Of a stretch of DNA of 63,878 nucleotides, positions 23,736 through 37,217 are shown in pieces (the first letter of the stretch is position 1; every line of letters starts with the position of its first letter). The position numbers and the translations under genes are program-made. Under the pieces are notes generated by a model. The model was not told the origin of the DNA. It did no database searches and worked only from the letters and a program-made list of their open reading frames with translations. The stretch is from Octopus bimaculoides (Eukaryota), in the NCBI RefSeq assembly GCF_001194135.2, contig NC_068991.1, positions 16,651,168 through 16,715,045 of the forward strand, in the 5' to 3' direction.

Positions 23736-24984
23736 TTTATTCTTTTACTTGTTTCAGTCATTTGACTGTGGCCATGCTGGAGCACTGCTTTAAAGGGTTT
23801 CGGTCCAAGAAATCAACCCCAGGACTTATTCTTTGTAAGCTTAGTACTTATTCTATCAGTCTCTTTTGCTGATCCACTAAGTTACANNNNNNNNNNNNNN
23901 NNNNNNNNNNNNNNNNNNNNNNNNNNNNNNNNNNNNNNNNNNNNNNNNNNNNNNNNNNNNNNNNNNNNNNNNNNNNNNNNNNNNNNNNNNNNNNNNNNNN
24001 NNNNNNNNNNNNNNNNNNNNNNNNNNNNNNNNNNNNNNNNNNNNNNNNNNNNNNNNNNNNNNNNNNNNNNNNNNNNNNNNNNNNNNNNNNNNNNNNNNNN
24101 NNNNNNNNNNNNNNNNNNNNNNNNNNNNNNNNNNNNNNNNNNNNNNNNNNNNNNNNNNNNNNNNNNNNNNNNNNNNNNNNNNNNNNNNNNNNNNNNNNNN
24201 NNNNNNNNNNNNNNNNNNNNNNNNNNNNNNNNNNNNNNNNNNNNNNNNNNNNNNNNNNNNNNNNNNNNNNNNNNNNNNNNNNNNNNGGGGTTGTGTTTAA
24301 CCCTTTTTTTAAACCTAACAAAACTCTCAACTCTCATGCATCCTTATTTTTCCTACCAGTTTATACATGAACTACTATTGAACTACAAAAGCTCAAAGAC
24401 AATATAATGTATGGGTATATTAATTTTTTTATATATTATTGTTTTATATATTATTTTCTTCATTTTGTACTTCTTTGTAAAAAAATATTTTCATTCTTCT
24501 TCTTCTTGATAATTTGCTTTTCACAATGAAAACCGGTTAGAAGAAATCTTTATTAAAACATGCTTCCAGTTTAGCATTCTGGCTTTTTTTCATTTTCCTA
24601 TATATATATATATATATATATATATCATGGACTCACCTGTCACAAATGTCAGATGACGGTTCTGTAATTGTTTTGTTTTTGCTGAGAGGCCTGCACACAT
24701 GATTTGTGTTTAGCAATCAAATATTTGCTGTACATAATTTGCTCACTTCCTCCATCAAATCAACCTTGCCCGTACAGATGAACAGCATGTCACACATCAG
24801 ATGTTGAAGTGGTCACAGAGCAACAAGCAACATAAGATGAAGTGTTTTGCTCAAGAACACAATGCATCAACCAGTTCAGGAATTGAAACCTCAATCCCAA
24901 TGTCATGAGTCCAACACCTTAATGACTAGGCCACACACTCTCAATGCGTGTTCATGTGTGTGTGTGTGTGTGTATCTGTTTAAC

Positions 24985-25375
24985 TGTTTAACTTGTTTCA
25001 GTCATTTGACTGTGGCCATGCTGGAGCACCGCCTTTAGTCGAGCAAATCGACCCCAGGACTTATTCTTTGTAAGCCTAGTACTTATTCTATCGGTCTATT
25101 TTGCCGAACCGGTAAGTTACGGGGACGCAAACACACCAGCATCGGTTGTCAAGCGATGTTGGGGGGACAAACACAGACACACAAACACACACACATATAT
25201 ATATATACAACAGGTTTCTTTGAGTTTCCGTCTACCAAATCCACTCACAAGGCTTTCGTCGGCCCGAGGCTATAGTAGAAGACACTTGCCCAAGGTGCCA
25301 CACAGTGGGAATGAACCCGGAACCATGTGGTTGGTAAGCAAGCTACTTACCACACAGCCACTCCTATGCCTATGT
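24985..25375 (-). mobile_element. SINE family B, full length, low divergence
   Basis: Close match to 43432-43881 along head, core, (CA/TA)n spacer and tail. Confidence 0.9.
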
Positions 25376-25964
25376 GCATATATATGTATGTAAATGCATC
25401 ATATGTTATAATACCCAGATGAATAATGTTAGATGAATATGTTACATACTATAATACAACAAAGTGTTGGAGAATATTGGTCAGTGATGATGCTGCTTCA
25501 TGTTACTTTCATTTGTCTGCTTTGTTATATTCTTGTTAGGAACAATTCCAATCTGATTTTACCATTTTAGTGATGAGAATAAATTGATCATTCTCATTAG
25601 ACAGGATCAATTATTCAATTAAGAAGTCAAGCATCATGCTCAGAAGTCCAAAACTAATTATCTAAAGTCAAAACCAATAAATAGGTCAATATTCATTAAT
25701 GAGTTGTTGTTTTTTTTCTTTCCAAGAATTAGTCACTTTTGATTTTGCTAGGCTCAAAGCCTCCAATCTTCATATTAGAAGAAACATGATGTAATGACTC
25801 TCATACCACTTTATTTTTTTTTCTTTCTCATTCTCGGAGGGGTTTTTCCATTCATTCAACCATCTTCTCTGTCCCCTATTCCTGGGAGGATCATGGTAGT
25901 AAAGTTCTCAGGCACGTCCTCCTTGGGTCTTATAAGAAGCAACTGTCATTACACTTTCTAGCTG

Positions 25965-26202
25965 GATTCCCGAGTGTGATCAACTGATCTTTTCTACTCT
26001 AAGCACAAGACCCGAAATTTTTGGTGAGGGGGCCAGTTAATTACATCGACCCCAGTACGCAACTGGTACTTAATTTATCAACCCTGAAAGGATGAAAGGC
26101 AAAGTCGACCTCAGCGGAATTCGAACTCAGAACATAAAGACAGACAAAATACTGCTAAACATTTCACCCCGCATCTAACACTTCTGTCAGCTCACCGCCT
26201 TG
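25965..26202 (-). mobile_element. tRNA-derived SINE, family A
   Basis: GATGAAAGGCAAAGTCGACCTCAGCGGAATTCGAACTCAGAAC...AGCTCACCGCC. Confidence 0.8.
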
Positions 26203-27109
26203 AGATGATAGATATTATCCAACCATCTCAAATGCACAGTAAATGGGTGTTTTTGTAGAACAGACCCCCACCCTGCACAACACGTCTCTCACTGTTCCAG
26301 CCCCTACCCCAACCCCACTCCCCACATCTGTCCTTCGACATCACTTTTTCTTTCATTTTCTCATTCACAACTTTACAGCCTAGTGTTAAGGCTATTATTT
26401 TTCTTCCTTTCGCAAATTCTTCCTCGTGCAGGCCCCGCTATGGATCAAGGTTGACCATGCGTCTGCACACACATGTGCAGGCCCAAGCAAGATTTTTCTG
26501 AGGAAAGCTGGCAGTTGCCATTTTCCAAAATTATTCTCAAAAGCATTTGAAACAAAAGCAGTGTATTTCAATGGAAATATAGTAAGAAAAGGATTAATGC
26601 CATGACATAGTTTTATATTTTAAATGTCTAGTAAATCATAGGACTTGGCTTCAAATCCACGGTGTGTATTGTCTTGCTTTTTATGTTTTTGTTAAGGTTT
26701 AGTAAGAGAAAGAGGGGGCAACATTCATGACCTTTCTGTAGGGCATCTAAAATTGGTAGAGGTGAAGGTATAAATGACCATATCTCATGGTTGTTGCAGT
26801 AAGAAGCAGAACATCCAGAGATCAAGTTACAGTTAAACTGGAGACTTGGTGTAAATGCTTACAACACAAATTAGTCTATGAAAAGCCATTAAGTGCCATG
26901 TGGATTATTCTAAAAACATGAACAGTTCCTTTGATGGGCTTCTATACAGTTTCCATCTCCCTAATTTTCCTCAAGACTCGGGCTGACCCACAGCTACACT
27001 AGAAGATACCTGTACAAGGTACCAAGAAATGGAATCAAACCCACAATTAGGTGTTTGCAAAACAAAATTCCAACTATGTACCCCCTTCACAGCAAAACAT
27101 CTGCTTCTG

Positions 27110-27500
27110 TCTCTCTGTCACACTTTAAGCATTCATCATCTGACACAAGATCACCTCCTCTCAAAGATTCCTTGTCTTGCAAAGTTACTTGGTGACTCTG
27201 CCAGTACTGGTGCCACTTAAAAAGCATCCCATCCACACTGTAAAGTGGTTGGCATTTGGAAGGGCATCCAGCTGTAAAAAACATGCCAAAACTGACCTCA
27301 CTTATGATGCCATGTAAAAAGCACTCAGCCCACTCTGATGGGTAGTTGGTGTTAGGAAGGGCAACCAGCCATAAAAACCATGCCAAAACAGACACAGAAG
27401 TATGGTGCAGGCTTCTGCTTGGCCGGCTCCTATCAAACCATCCAATCCAAGTCAACATGGAAGAAGGATGTTAAATGATGGTGGTGATGACGATGATGTC
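27110..27500 (+). mobile_element. RTE-tailed retroelement 3' fragment
   Basis: Two tandem GTTGG..TT.GGAAGGGCA.CCAGC motifs and a (GAT)n end; related copy on the minus strand at 59100-59475. Confidence 0.7.
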
Positions 27501-28982
27501 CAAGACTGTGTGTGAGTACGTTTTCAGGCAGCGTAATTAATTCTATAAACTCAAGTCTCCAAAGCTGTTGAGCAAATAGGTACCAAAATCTTCTGAAAAT
27601 ATAACCTTAATCTGTGATAGATTGAGAAACCCATATCTTTTTTTTGGCATTCAAGTTGAAATTTTTCAGATCAAAATTTACATCCCTCACTCAAACAAAA
27701 GATAGATTAACTTATACACCTAGATGGATTTGGAGGACCTAAAATTCCATGTGAAATGCAGCAGGATTTGGAAAGATAGAGATGATCCTTCAATGTTTAC
27801 ACTACGTACTATGTCAATTTGTATGCCAAAAATACAGTACTTTCCAAAAGGAAGACTTATCTCTTTTCTCATACCCAAAAATCCAGGGCCATGCATCTAG
27901 AAACTACTTTTTGTGGAGAGCTTAAGAGGCAATGTTGTGCAGAACTACGAAGTGTGAAAATATGGTAATAAAGAAGAGGATATGGAAGTGAGTGGCAGAT
28001 GCTAAGTAGCCATGAAGATAAAGATTATTAAAGCTCCTGTTGATGATTAGGTGTATGGAAATTAATTGGATATCCAGTAAAACTAAAAGCAAGATAAACA
28101 TCATTAAGAATTTGTTGTTGAAGGAATGGTGGATCAGATAATAAAGGGGAATGGTTAGATAACTACTTAAACATTCTGTGAACGTGTGGAGTCAAGTTAA
28201 ATTCAAATGAAAATGGAAGTCGAAAGAACCCTTGCTAAAAAAAAAAAAAAATAATGAATGCAAAAATTACAAAAAATAAATGCAAACAATAAAAATAAAT
28301 TTTTAAAACTACTAAAAATTAAATGCAAAAACAAAAAAAAATTATAGAAAATAACTGACTGCAAAGTTGTTAAAAATATGCAAAAAATACAAAACAAAAT
28401 ATATAAAGTTTATCAGAAAAATTTTGAAAATATAAACTATAGAAAAGAAATCATAAGATAAAAAGATATTTCGCAAAAATTACTAAAAGGATAAAAGAGA
28501 AAAGGTTTACAAACCCAACGAGTGGTTGGTATATTGAAACCTAGACAAATATTACGAATATCTAGATGGACAGATAAAATACTAAACGATGGGATTTCTA
28601 AGTGGCTGCTTGACCTTCTTGAAATAGAAGTCAAACCTCTCACAAACTGCGACTTATTTTCAAAAATGGAAGGTTGTATTTGGATAATGTAAATCCTGTG
28701 GTGAGCTTCCAGTGTGGGAGAACGGGAATTAGGAGAACTCTGCAGTTACCCCTTAGTAACCACTAATCCTATGTCAGCCCTGGTATGAGGTGGTAGTAAT
28801 GTCAAAGGCCTCAGCTATGGATCAAATAACTAAACATGGTCCTATGGCTGAGACATACAAAAGCTAGCCCTTAGACATGTGTCACACAGGCTTAAGATTT
28901 GAATATACATTGCATATCTTGCTTCATATAACTAATTTCTCCAAATCAAGAAGATCATCATCATCATCACCATCATAATTGT

Positions 28983-29468
28983 TTAACCCTTTAGCATTCC
29001 AATTATTCTGTCTAACGTAATGCTTATTTCTTCACATTGTTTTGAATTAATCATGCATTATCTTGTAGCTTTAAGATTTCAGTGATGTGCTTGCTTATTT
29101 CCAGAATGACAGTGTATGGTAAGTGCATGAACCTGAATATGGTTAGTCTGTACATAAGACAGGTATAATAAGACAGGTATACATAAGACAGGTATAATAT
29201 TTGGGCTGGATAGGCAGCAAGCTGGCGGAGTCGTTAGCACATCTGGTGAAATGCTTAGCAGTATTTCGTCTGTCTTAGCATTCTGAGTTCAAATTCCGCC
29301 AAAGTCGACTTTGCCTTTCATCCTTTCAGGGTCGATAAATTAAGTACCAGTTGCATACTGGGGTTGATCTAATTGACTGGCCCCCTCCCCCAAAATTTTG
29401 GGCCTTGTGCCTAGAGCAGAAAAGAATATTTGGGCTAGATATGGCCAGTTTAAATGCTAAAGGGTTAA
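28983..29468. mobile_element. TTAA-flanked MITE with nested SINE
   Basis: TTAA|CCCTTTAGCATT...AATGCTAAAGGG|TTAA; body matches 22978-23196 once the SINE is removed. Confidence 0.85.
29212..29424 (+). mobile_element. SINE family A with TSD
   Basis: Flanked by AATATTTGGGCTGGAT (29196-29211) and AATATTTGGGCTAGAT (29425-29440), 15/16 identical. Confidence 0.9.
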
Positions 29469-31211
29469 TGTCCATCTTCCATGCTGGCATGGATTGGACA
29501 ATTCAACAGGAAGTGATAAGCCAGAGTATAGTGTTAAGCTCCAGTGTCCACTTTGACCTGGTTCCTATAGTTGGATGCTGTTCCTGACACCAACCACATA
29601 TTGCAGATTACAAAGTAGTGTATTGACTGTTTTTCCGGGGGAGGGGGAGGATCACAGATACAAGTGGAGTCACCAAGCAACTTACAAGACAAGACCTCTT
29701 AACTGAGTGGCGTATAGTATGGAGGGGGGGTAACTTTATACCAGGGGATGAGAGGTTAAAGTATGATAGAGGAACAAGAACAAGTGTTTTGCTTTAGAGG
29801 AGAAACATTGCTACCAAATGTTGAAGGAAATTGAATCATTTCTTTTATTCAAATCCATCCCTGAAGAAAAATTTGAATAATTTCAGAGGAAATAGTTATT
29901 TAACCTCATCAGAACCGAAGAAATAACAATACAAATTAAGGTGAGAATACATTCCTGACATTGGTGGTTAAAGTTTAGATAATAACTGAATATTATTTTT
30001 CAATTATTACCTCAAAAAAAGAAATTTATCAATCAAAGTCAAACACACAATTCACTGTTGAATGACATAATTTTAGCTGTGGGTGACATCATTTTCTGCT
30101 ATTTAACCTCCAGCCGCTGAAAACAATTGATATCTTTTTTTATTTTACCATATTTTATGCTATTTACTTTCTAACCATTGAAAACAATTGTTATTAATTT
30201 ACTTCATAAAAAATAAATGAATAAAATAAAATATTCTTGAATATTTTCTCTTTAAAAAGATTAACTAAATTTCTGTTATTTTACATCATAAATTTTTTTT
30301 TTTAATTCCAAATAAATAAAATAAATAACTAAATTCAACAGTACCAAAAAAATATTCCATCTTGAACAATTTTCAGTTGAATGTATTGACCCCAGTATTT
30401 ATTTTAAAAGCCTGGCACTTATTCTATTGGCCTCTTTTGCTGAACTGCTACGTTACAGGGATGAAAAACACACTTGCACTGGCTTTCAAATAGTGGTGGG
30501 GAGGACAAACAGAGGCATAAAGATGCACACACAGATATATATATATACATATATAGGGAGAATTCACAAAAAAAAACAAAAGACGAAGACAGGTGGTGTA
30601 GAAAACAAACAGAATGTCTTTAACATTTCGAGCCTATACTCTATACATATATACAACAGGCTTCTTTCAAATCCATTCACAAGGCTTTGGTCAGCCCAAG
30701 ACTATAGTAGAAGACACTTGCCCAAGGTACCATGCAGTGGGACTGAACCCTGGACCATGTAGTTGGGAAGCAAGTTTTCCAACTGGAGTCTACATCCTAT
30801 TCTGAAAGGCATCAACGAAAAATATACATATACACTCATGCATGCATACACTCGAAGTGAGAACAAGAACCTTTTTGTGGTCACTCAATCTGCTAGAAAT
30901 TGTATCTACACTATGCAACATATATGCATTGTTTAAGTTCTTACTGCAAGGAATTTTGGAATTCAGCAACAGTAAATCACTATATGATATTCTTTTGCAA
31001 GAGGTTCTGAGACCAGCATGATTACCAGGCATTGGTTCAGTTACTCTCCAGGATGTCGGTGATACGCATTGGTAAACGAGCAATATCAACAACAATAACA
31101 GCAACAACAGACTAACTTCTTGGTCTTGTGCTTTGGCATCCAGTGTTATCAGGAATTGTGTAGGGTGGACCCAAAACCTATAGCATGAACAAGTCTTTCT
31201 TCTCGGCTATA

Positions 31212-31760
31212 ATATATGCCATGGAGAGAAAGAGAAAGGGAGCTAGAGAAGTGATCTATTGATGTAAGCAGCAGAAATGTAATATAATCAACAAGTGTTT
31301 CTCCATAACAAACCTTCCTTTGGGTTAAAATAATATGTACAATGAAAAGGGAGAAAGAGAAAGTAAAATGCAGACTATTACTATAAACAGCAGAAACAGT
31401 ATATAATTAACAAGTGCTTATCAATAACCTCTGGGTCAAAAATATGTACAATGGAGAGAGAGAGAGAGAGACAGAGAGAGGTGAAGACCAATGCTATAGA
31501 CAGCAAAAACACTATATAATTAACAAGTGTTTATCAATAATAGACCTTCCTTCAGTTTGAAACATGTACTGTGAAGAATGAGGGAGAGAAATAAGATAGA
31601 CGGATAAATAGGAGTGAGTGAGAAAAGGGGAGATTATGAGGAAGTGAGAAGGAGAGAAAAAGAGAGGAGTGATATTGAGAGATTGGTGTGTTCCATCACT
31701 GTAAGCAATAGAAACACTGTATAATTGATGAATATTTATCAATACTAGCCATTCCTGGGA
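31212..31760. repeat. Degenerate tandem array, about 110-120-bp unit, about 4 copies
   Basis: Recurring ATGTACAATG-(GA-rich)-...CAGCAGAAAC..TATAATTAACAAGTG.TT.TCAATAA units. Confidence 0.75.
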
Positions 31761-32299
31761 AAAAAGAGAAAGTCGGAGAAAGTGAGAAAGAGAAAGAAAA
31801 ATTAGACAAAGTAAAAGAGAGAGGCAAAGAGAGAAAGAGGTGGGCAAGGTCAGTTTATTGCTGTATATGGCAGAGGCATTTGTAATTGGAGAAATGTTTA
31901 GCAACATCAAACATTTCCTCTTGGTTGAAATAAGTGTCTTGGAGGGGGAGAGAAAGTGAGAGAAAGAAACTGAGTTTGAAAGATAGAGAGTGACACAGAC
32001 AGAGAGAGAGAGAGAGAGAGAGAAGAAGAAGGTTATTGCTGTAGTTGCTTGGCCTCAAATCAACCTCGAGCAAGAATGGCCCACAATCAAAGTCACTCCA
32101 ACCATGACTATCACATATTTGTGTATTATTTTAGGAGTACATTGCTCATTGCATCCTTCCTTTCTGAAGACAGCCGGATGTAATTTAAGAAAGATATGAT
32201 TGCTATTTCTAGGTTAAATGGCCACATAGTGGTTGCCTCGTTGGCTCAGTTCATTGCTAAATGTAATGGCAATGTACAATTGATGAGCAAAAGCTTCTG

Positions 32300-32745
32300 G
32301 TAGGTAAAGTCTATTTTTGAAAGAAGGTGTGTTGCAGCATAGAATAGTCTGCACTGGTGATGTTGAATGAAAAGACTCTGGTGGAGAAAGTCTATTAATA
32401 AAAGAAGAGGTGATACAACAATCGAAGAAGGCCAATAGTGGAGAAAGCCTGAAGTATTACAACATAATAGTCTGCACTGCCAGTGTTGAACCTCAAAGCC
32501 TTTGGTGGATAAGTCCATTTATGAAAGAAGGGATGTTGCAACAAAATAAAAAAACAACCAATGGTGGAGAAAGCCTATTTCTGAAAGAAAGGGCGTTGAA
32601 GATAATAGTCTATACTGGTGGTGTTGAACCACAAAGCCTTTGGCACAAAAGTCCATTTATGAAAGAAATGATGTTACAACAATATAAAAAACAGCCAATG
32701 ATGGAGAAAGACCATTTATGAAAGAAAATTTGTTGCAACTACAGG
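32300..32745. repeat. Degenerate tandem array, about 120-bp unit
   Basis: Recurring ATAGTCTGCACTGG..GTGTTGAAC..CAAAGCCTTTGG...AGTCCATTTATGAAAGAA..GATGTT.CAACAA...CCAAT..TGGAGAAAG units. Confidence 0.75.
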
Positions 32746-33419
32746 CAGTCTAGTGGTGGGGGTAATCAAGTGGACCTGCAATACATAATGGTGGTGCTCT
32801 AGTGCATCCAAGGTATATATTGACAGTGGTAGTGGTGGTCTAGTGTATCAGGTATACACTCACAGGAACCTAACAAGCAACTTCTTGGAGCCAATGAAGG
32901 AGCTTCTAGAATTGATTTGGTCCAATTTAGAAATAGTTACCCATCAAAAAAGTGGATGGTTCTGGTGGGAATGCTTCGGGTCACAGGTCTACTCAATGAG
33001 GTTTGAGCCCTGGGAATAAACAACCGTGACAACAACAACAACGACAACAACAACAACAGCAGCAACAACAACAGTAAGAAAATTATTATTATTACGAGGT
33101 GTAAAATATTCCTTCTTGTACAAAAAGAGACTTTATTTTTTAATAAGCTTTCTTGACACCAATAATTGATATTGTAATGTATAGTGAATTCTTCCCAGAG
33201 GATTTTTTTGCCCTGTAATATATTCGGTGTCATGTAATGGCACCATAAATTAAAAGTAGTTTTATCACTGATTATCCTAGCATTGAACAGAGAATACGTG
33301 TTTATATTTTAAACATGCTAAACGNNNNNNNNNNNNNNNNNNNNNNGAGTGAGGGAGGGAGGGAGGGAGGGAAGGAAAGTGATAATTTGAGAATCTGGGT
33401 TCTTATATTTTCAATTATT

Positions 33420-34144
33420 TTATTCTCCAATACCATTACCACGACTACCAACACCACCTCCAACACCACTGCCACCACCAACAACAACACCACTACCATC
33501 ACCCCCACCACCAACAGCATCACTACCACCAAGACTATCACTACCACCATCACTAACATGAGAAACTATAATCACAGCTGTCATAACTACCATGGCTACA
33601 ATTGCCACTGGCACCACTACCATCACCACAAACTGCCACCAACTCTACAATCACCACTATCACCAACATCAGAACCATAATTGACAGTAATCACTGCTAG
33701 CTTCATCATCGTCAACATCATTATCATCCATCAACATAATTGCCACCACTACCACCAACCATTATCTGCAGTGCAATCACCACCACCACCACCACCACCA
33801 CTACCATCACTACAACCATCATCATCGTCATCATAATCACAAAAATCATTACCATCAGCACGACAATAGCAATCCACAGCACCACTGCCGGCACCATCAC
33901 CACCACCACCATCACAAGAATTAACACCATCATCAACATCACTGTCATCATTATCACCACCACCACTACAGCCACCACCACAACCACCACTGATAGTAGA
34001 GGCAGTGGTGAGTGCTAAGGTGTATAATGACTGTGACTCAAAGAAAACGATGATGATGATGACGATGATGATGATGGTGATGGTGATGGTGATGGTGATG
34101 GTGATGATACCAGAAGTAGAGTCTTCTTAGACACAAACACAAAC

Positions 34145-34242
<98 letters not shown>

Positions 34243-34630
34243 TACACACACACACTGCTGCTAACCTTGATGACCATGATAATTAGCAGAGGGGGGGTGA
34301 GGGTGGGGATGGGGGAGCTATGATGATAAAACATTTATTAGGGATGTAATAATGTTTATATGATGATGGTAATGATGATGATGATGGTGATGAATATGGT
34401 AATGATGATTAAGATGATAACAGTGGATAGATATGCGATAACAGTAATCATGACAATTCTGAATATCTTCAGATTGGCTGTTGTTTGGTTGATGTTTTTG
34501 TTGTCAGTGACGATGACAACGATGATGACAATGATTAGGATGATGATGATGATGATAACGAGATAATGATGTCAATGAAGATAAAAATAATATGAATGAT
34601 GATGACGATCAAGACAATGATGATGACAGC
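33420..34630. repeat. Low-complexity block: (CAC/CAT)n, (GAT/GGT)n and (CA)n
   Basis: Degenerate trinucleotide tracts flanking a (CA)n of about 105 bp at 34147-34253. Confidence 0.9.
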
Positions 34631-34764
34631 TGCCACTGACTATAAACCGCAATTATTTCTCTCAGAACAAGAAGTACTTTTAACAAGTTTACATACAGTG
34701 TGTATGTATGTGTATGTATGTATATATCGTCATCATCAAGGCCGGCATGGGTATGCATATATAG

Positions 34765-34804
<40 letters not shown>

Positions 34805-34812
<8 letters not shown>

Positions 34813-34996
34813 AAGAATATATATGCATGTATACACACATATATGTACATACTTACATCTACATGTGTATATAGATGCATATCAGGGTACAGGACGTTAA
34901 AACAATGAACTACAGACAACGGAACAAACACATAGGAAAACAGATAGCCACTTGGAATTGATCCTTCGTCAGCTGCCTCTATTCTAACTAGACGTT
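34805..34996 (-). mobile_element. Penelope-like pseudo-LTR fragment (young copy)
   Basis: Reverse complement of 62762-62950 with about four substitutions; ends at (TA)n. Confidence 0.65.
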
Positions 34997-35573
34997 ATAT
35001 ATANNNNNNNNNNNNNNNNNNNNNNNNNNNNNNNNNNNNNNNNNNNNNNNNNNNNNNNNNNNNNNNNNNNNNNNNNNNNNNNNNNNNNNNNNNNNNNNNN
35101 NNNNNNNNNNNNNNNNNNNNNNNNNNNNNNNNNNNNNNNNNNNNNNNNNNNNNNNNNNNNNNNNNNNNNNNNNNNNNNNNNNNNNNNNNNNNNNNNNNNN
35201 NNNNNNNNNNNNNNNNNNNNNNNNNNNNNNNNNNNNNNNNNNNNNNNNNNNNNNNNNNNNNNNNNNNNNNNNNNNNNNNNNNNNNNNNNNNNNNNNNNNN
35301 NNNNNNNNNNNNNNNNNNNNNNNNNNNNNNNNNNNNNNNNNNNNNNNNNNNNNNNNNNNNNNNNNNNNNNNNNNNNNNNNNNNNNNNNNNNNNNNNNNNN
35401 NNNNNNNNNNNNNNNNNNNNNNNNNNNNNNNNNNNNNNNNNNNNNNNNNNNACAGAGTAAAATAAATATAAATATATAGTTTTATTGTGCTTTTAATTAT
35501 TAATTTTTCTATATGTGACAGTGGATTTTCATCGATCAGTTCATGAATCTTGGTTCTTTTCCCTAAAACTATA

Positions 35574-35614
<41 letters not shown>

Positions 35615-35722
35615 GGGAAAAGGCCAACAAAAACCAAGTCAGGACAAGTATCTCAAGTCATTTAGAATATTTGATTAGAGTAAGGGGAATTTGAGGTAAT
35701 TAATTGATTAGTTAATTAATTA

Positions 35723-35806
35723 ATTATTGGACATCTTACAGTTGTTTCTGGAATATCCCAAGTTAGCATCTTCATACACTGGGAATTCTGTCATCAGGGA
35801 CAAGGT
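35723..35806 (-). ncRNA. Degenerate minimal hammerhead-ribozyme motif in inverted PLE pseudo-LTR
   Basis: Minus strand: TGTCC-CTGATGA-CAGAATTCCCAGT(loop)ACTTGGGATATTCCA-GAAAC-AACT-GTA-AGATG; helix II pairs, helix I is weak. Confidence 0.45.
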
Positions 35807-35911
35807 GAGTATGAAAGGGAATTCACAGTTTATAAAGGAGTAACATAGTAGATAGAAGAATAAAGAGTAAAACAGTAGATAGAGGAATACAGAAATATAT
35901 ATTCACTAACT

Positions 35912-36183
35912 ATTGAGGAATACACTGGCTCTATTAGGAAGGACTTGTACAAGTCCTACAAGAGAGCCCTGACATCTGCCCTGGATACCATTAACACCAG
36001 CCACTGTAAACTGGTGAACAAACTTGAAGTAGACAATCACACAGAGCCCTACAACCCAAGAGTTCCGCATTTCAACATTAAAGACCACAAAGTGGATTTC
36101 ATAACCAAACCCTCTATAAGGCTCATCTGCCCTACCAAATCGGACTTAGGCTGAATCAGTAAGAATATACTAGACAATATAAT
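35912..36183 (+). pseudogene. Penelope-like element RT N-terminal fragment
   Basis: ...KLEVDNHTEPY...HFNIKDHKVDFITKPSIRLICPTKSDLG*ISKNILDNI matches the PLE motif FITLKDHK.NF...CRLINP.KSE.G.ISK.ILD. Confidence 0.8.
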
Positions 36184-36468
36184 ACACACACACACACACA
36201 CACTGTTACATACATATAAACTCTACATACTACAATACATACACTACACAATACACACACTACACTATAATACACACATACACTACACTACATACACACA
36301 AACCCTACACACTATAGTACATATGCACTGCACTATAACATACAAACAATCCCCATGCTATAATACACATACATACATACTATAAGACACTATCCCATAC
36401 AATACTCACTATATAATACATACATATTATTCCACACTACAATACATGCACACTATACTGTAACACAT

Positions 36469-36927
36469 TGTTGTTGTTGTTGTTGGCACTCCNNNNNNNN
36501 NNNNNNNNNNNNNNNNNNNNNNNNNNNNNNNNNNNNNNNNNNNNNNNNNNNNNNNNNNNNNNNNNNNNNNNNNNNNNNNNNNNNNNNNNNNNNNNNNNNN
36601 NNNNNNNNNNNNNNNNNNATTAACGTGCAAGTGGCTGAGCACTCCACAGACACGTGTACCCTTAACGTAGTTCTCGGGGATACTCAGCGTGACACAGTGT
36701 GACAAGGCTGACCCTTTGAATTAGAGGCACAACAGAAACAGGAAGTAAGAGTGAGAGAAAGTTGTGGTGAAAGAGTACAGCAGGGTTCGCCACCTTCCCC
36801 TGCTGGAGCCTTGTGGAGCTTTAGATGTTTTCGCTCAATAAACACTCACAACGCCCGGTCTGGCAATCAAAACCGCGATCCTATGACTGCGAGTCCGCTG
36901 CCCTAACCACTGGGCCATTGCATCTCC
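36469..36927 (-). mobile_element. SINE family C (tRNA-like head, (AAC)n tail), spans a gap
   Basis: Matches 42052-42439; 12-bp TSD ACTGTAACACAT at 36457-36468 and 36930-36941. Confidence 0.9.
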
Positions 36928-37179
36928 ACACTGTAACACATACACACTATAATACACACAACCACACACTATTATACACACAAACACACACACTCTACAC
37001 TATAACACACAGAGACTACACCAGATACTATACTATACTACACATCCAAAATACACCAGACAATAGCCTAGACTATACTATTATATGCACAGTGCACCTC
37101 ATAGTACCCTACATAAACACATATTGTATATTTATTGTACACACATTGTATATTTATTGTACAATATGTATGTTGTGAA

Positions 37180-37217
<38 letters not shown>

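Noticed and set aside
27500-28700. Possible decayed L1/Tx1 ORF2 end or an unannotated 66-codon frame at about 28494-28693
   Set aside because: Only vague motif resemblance, many stops and A-rich low complexity; I cannot support an assignment without a profile search.
32410-32721. C2H2 zinc-finger gene (family expanded in octopus)
   Set aside because: Linker-like GEKP/GERPF codons occur, but no C-x2-C...H-x3-H pattern in any frame I read.
33302-34566. Thr-, Val- and Met-rich ORFs suggesting a mucin or membrane protein
   Set aside because: Degenerate (CAC/CAT/GAT)n tracts are open in several frames on both strands; no splice structure or non-repetitive domain.
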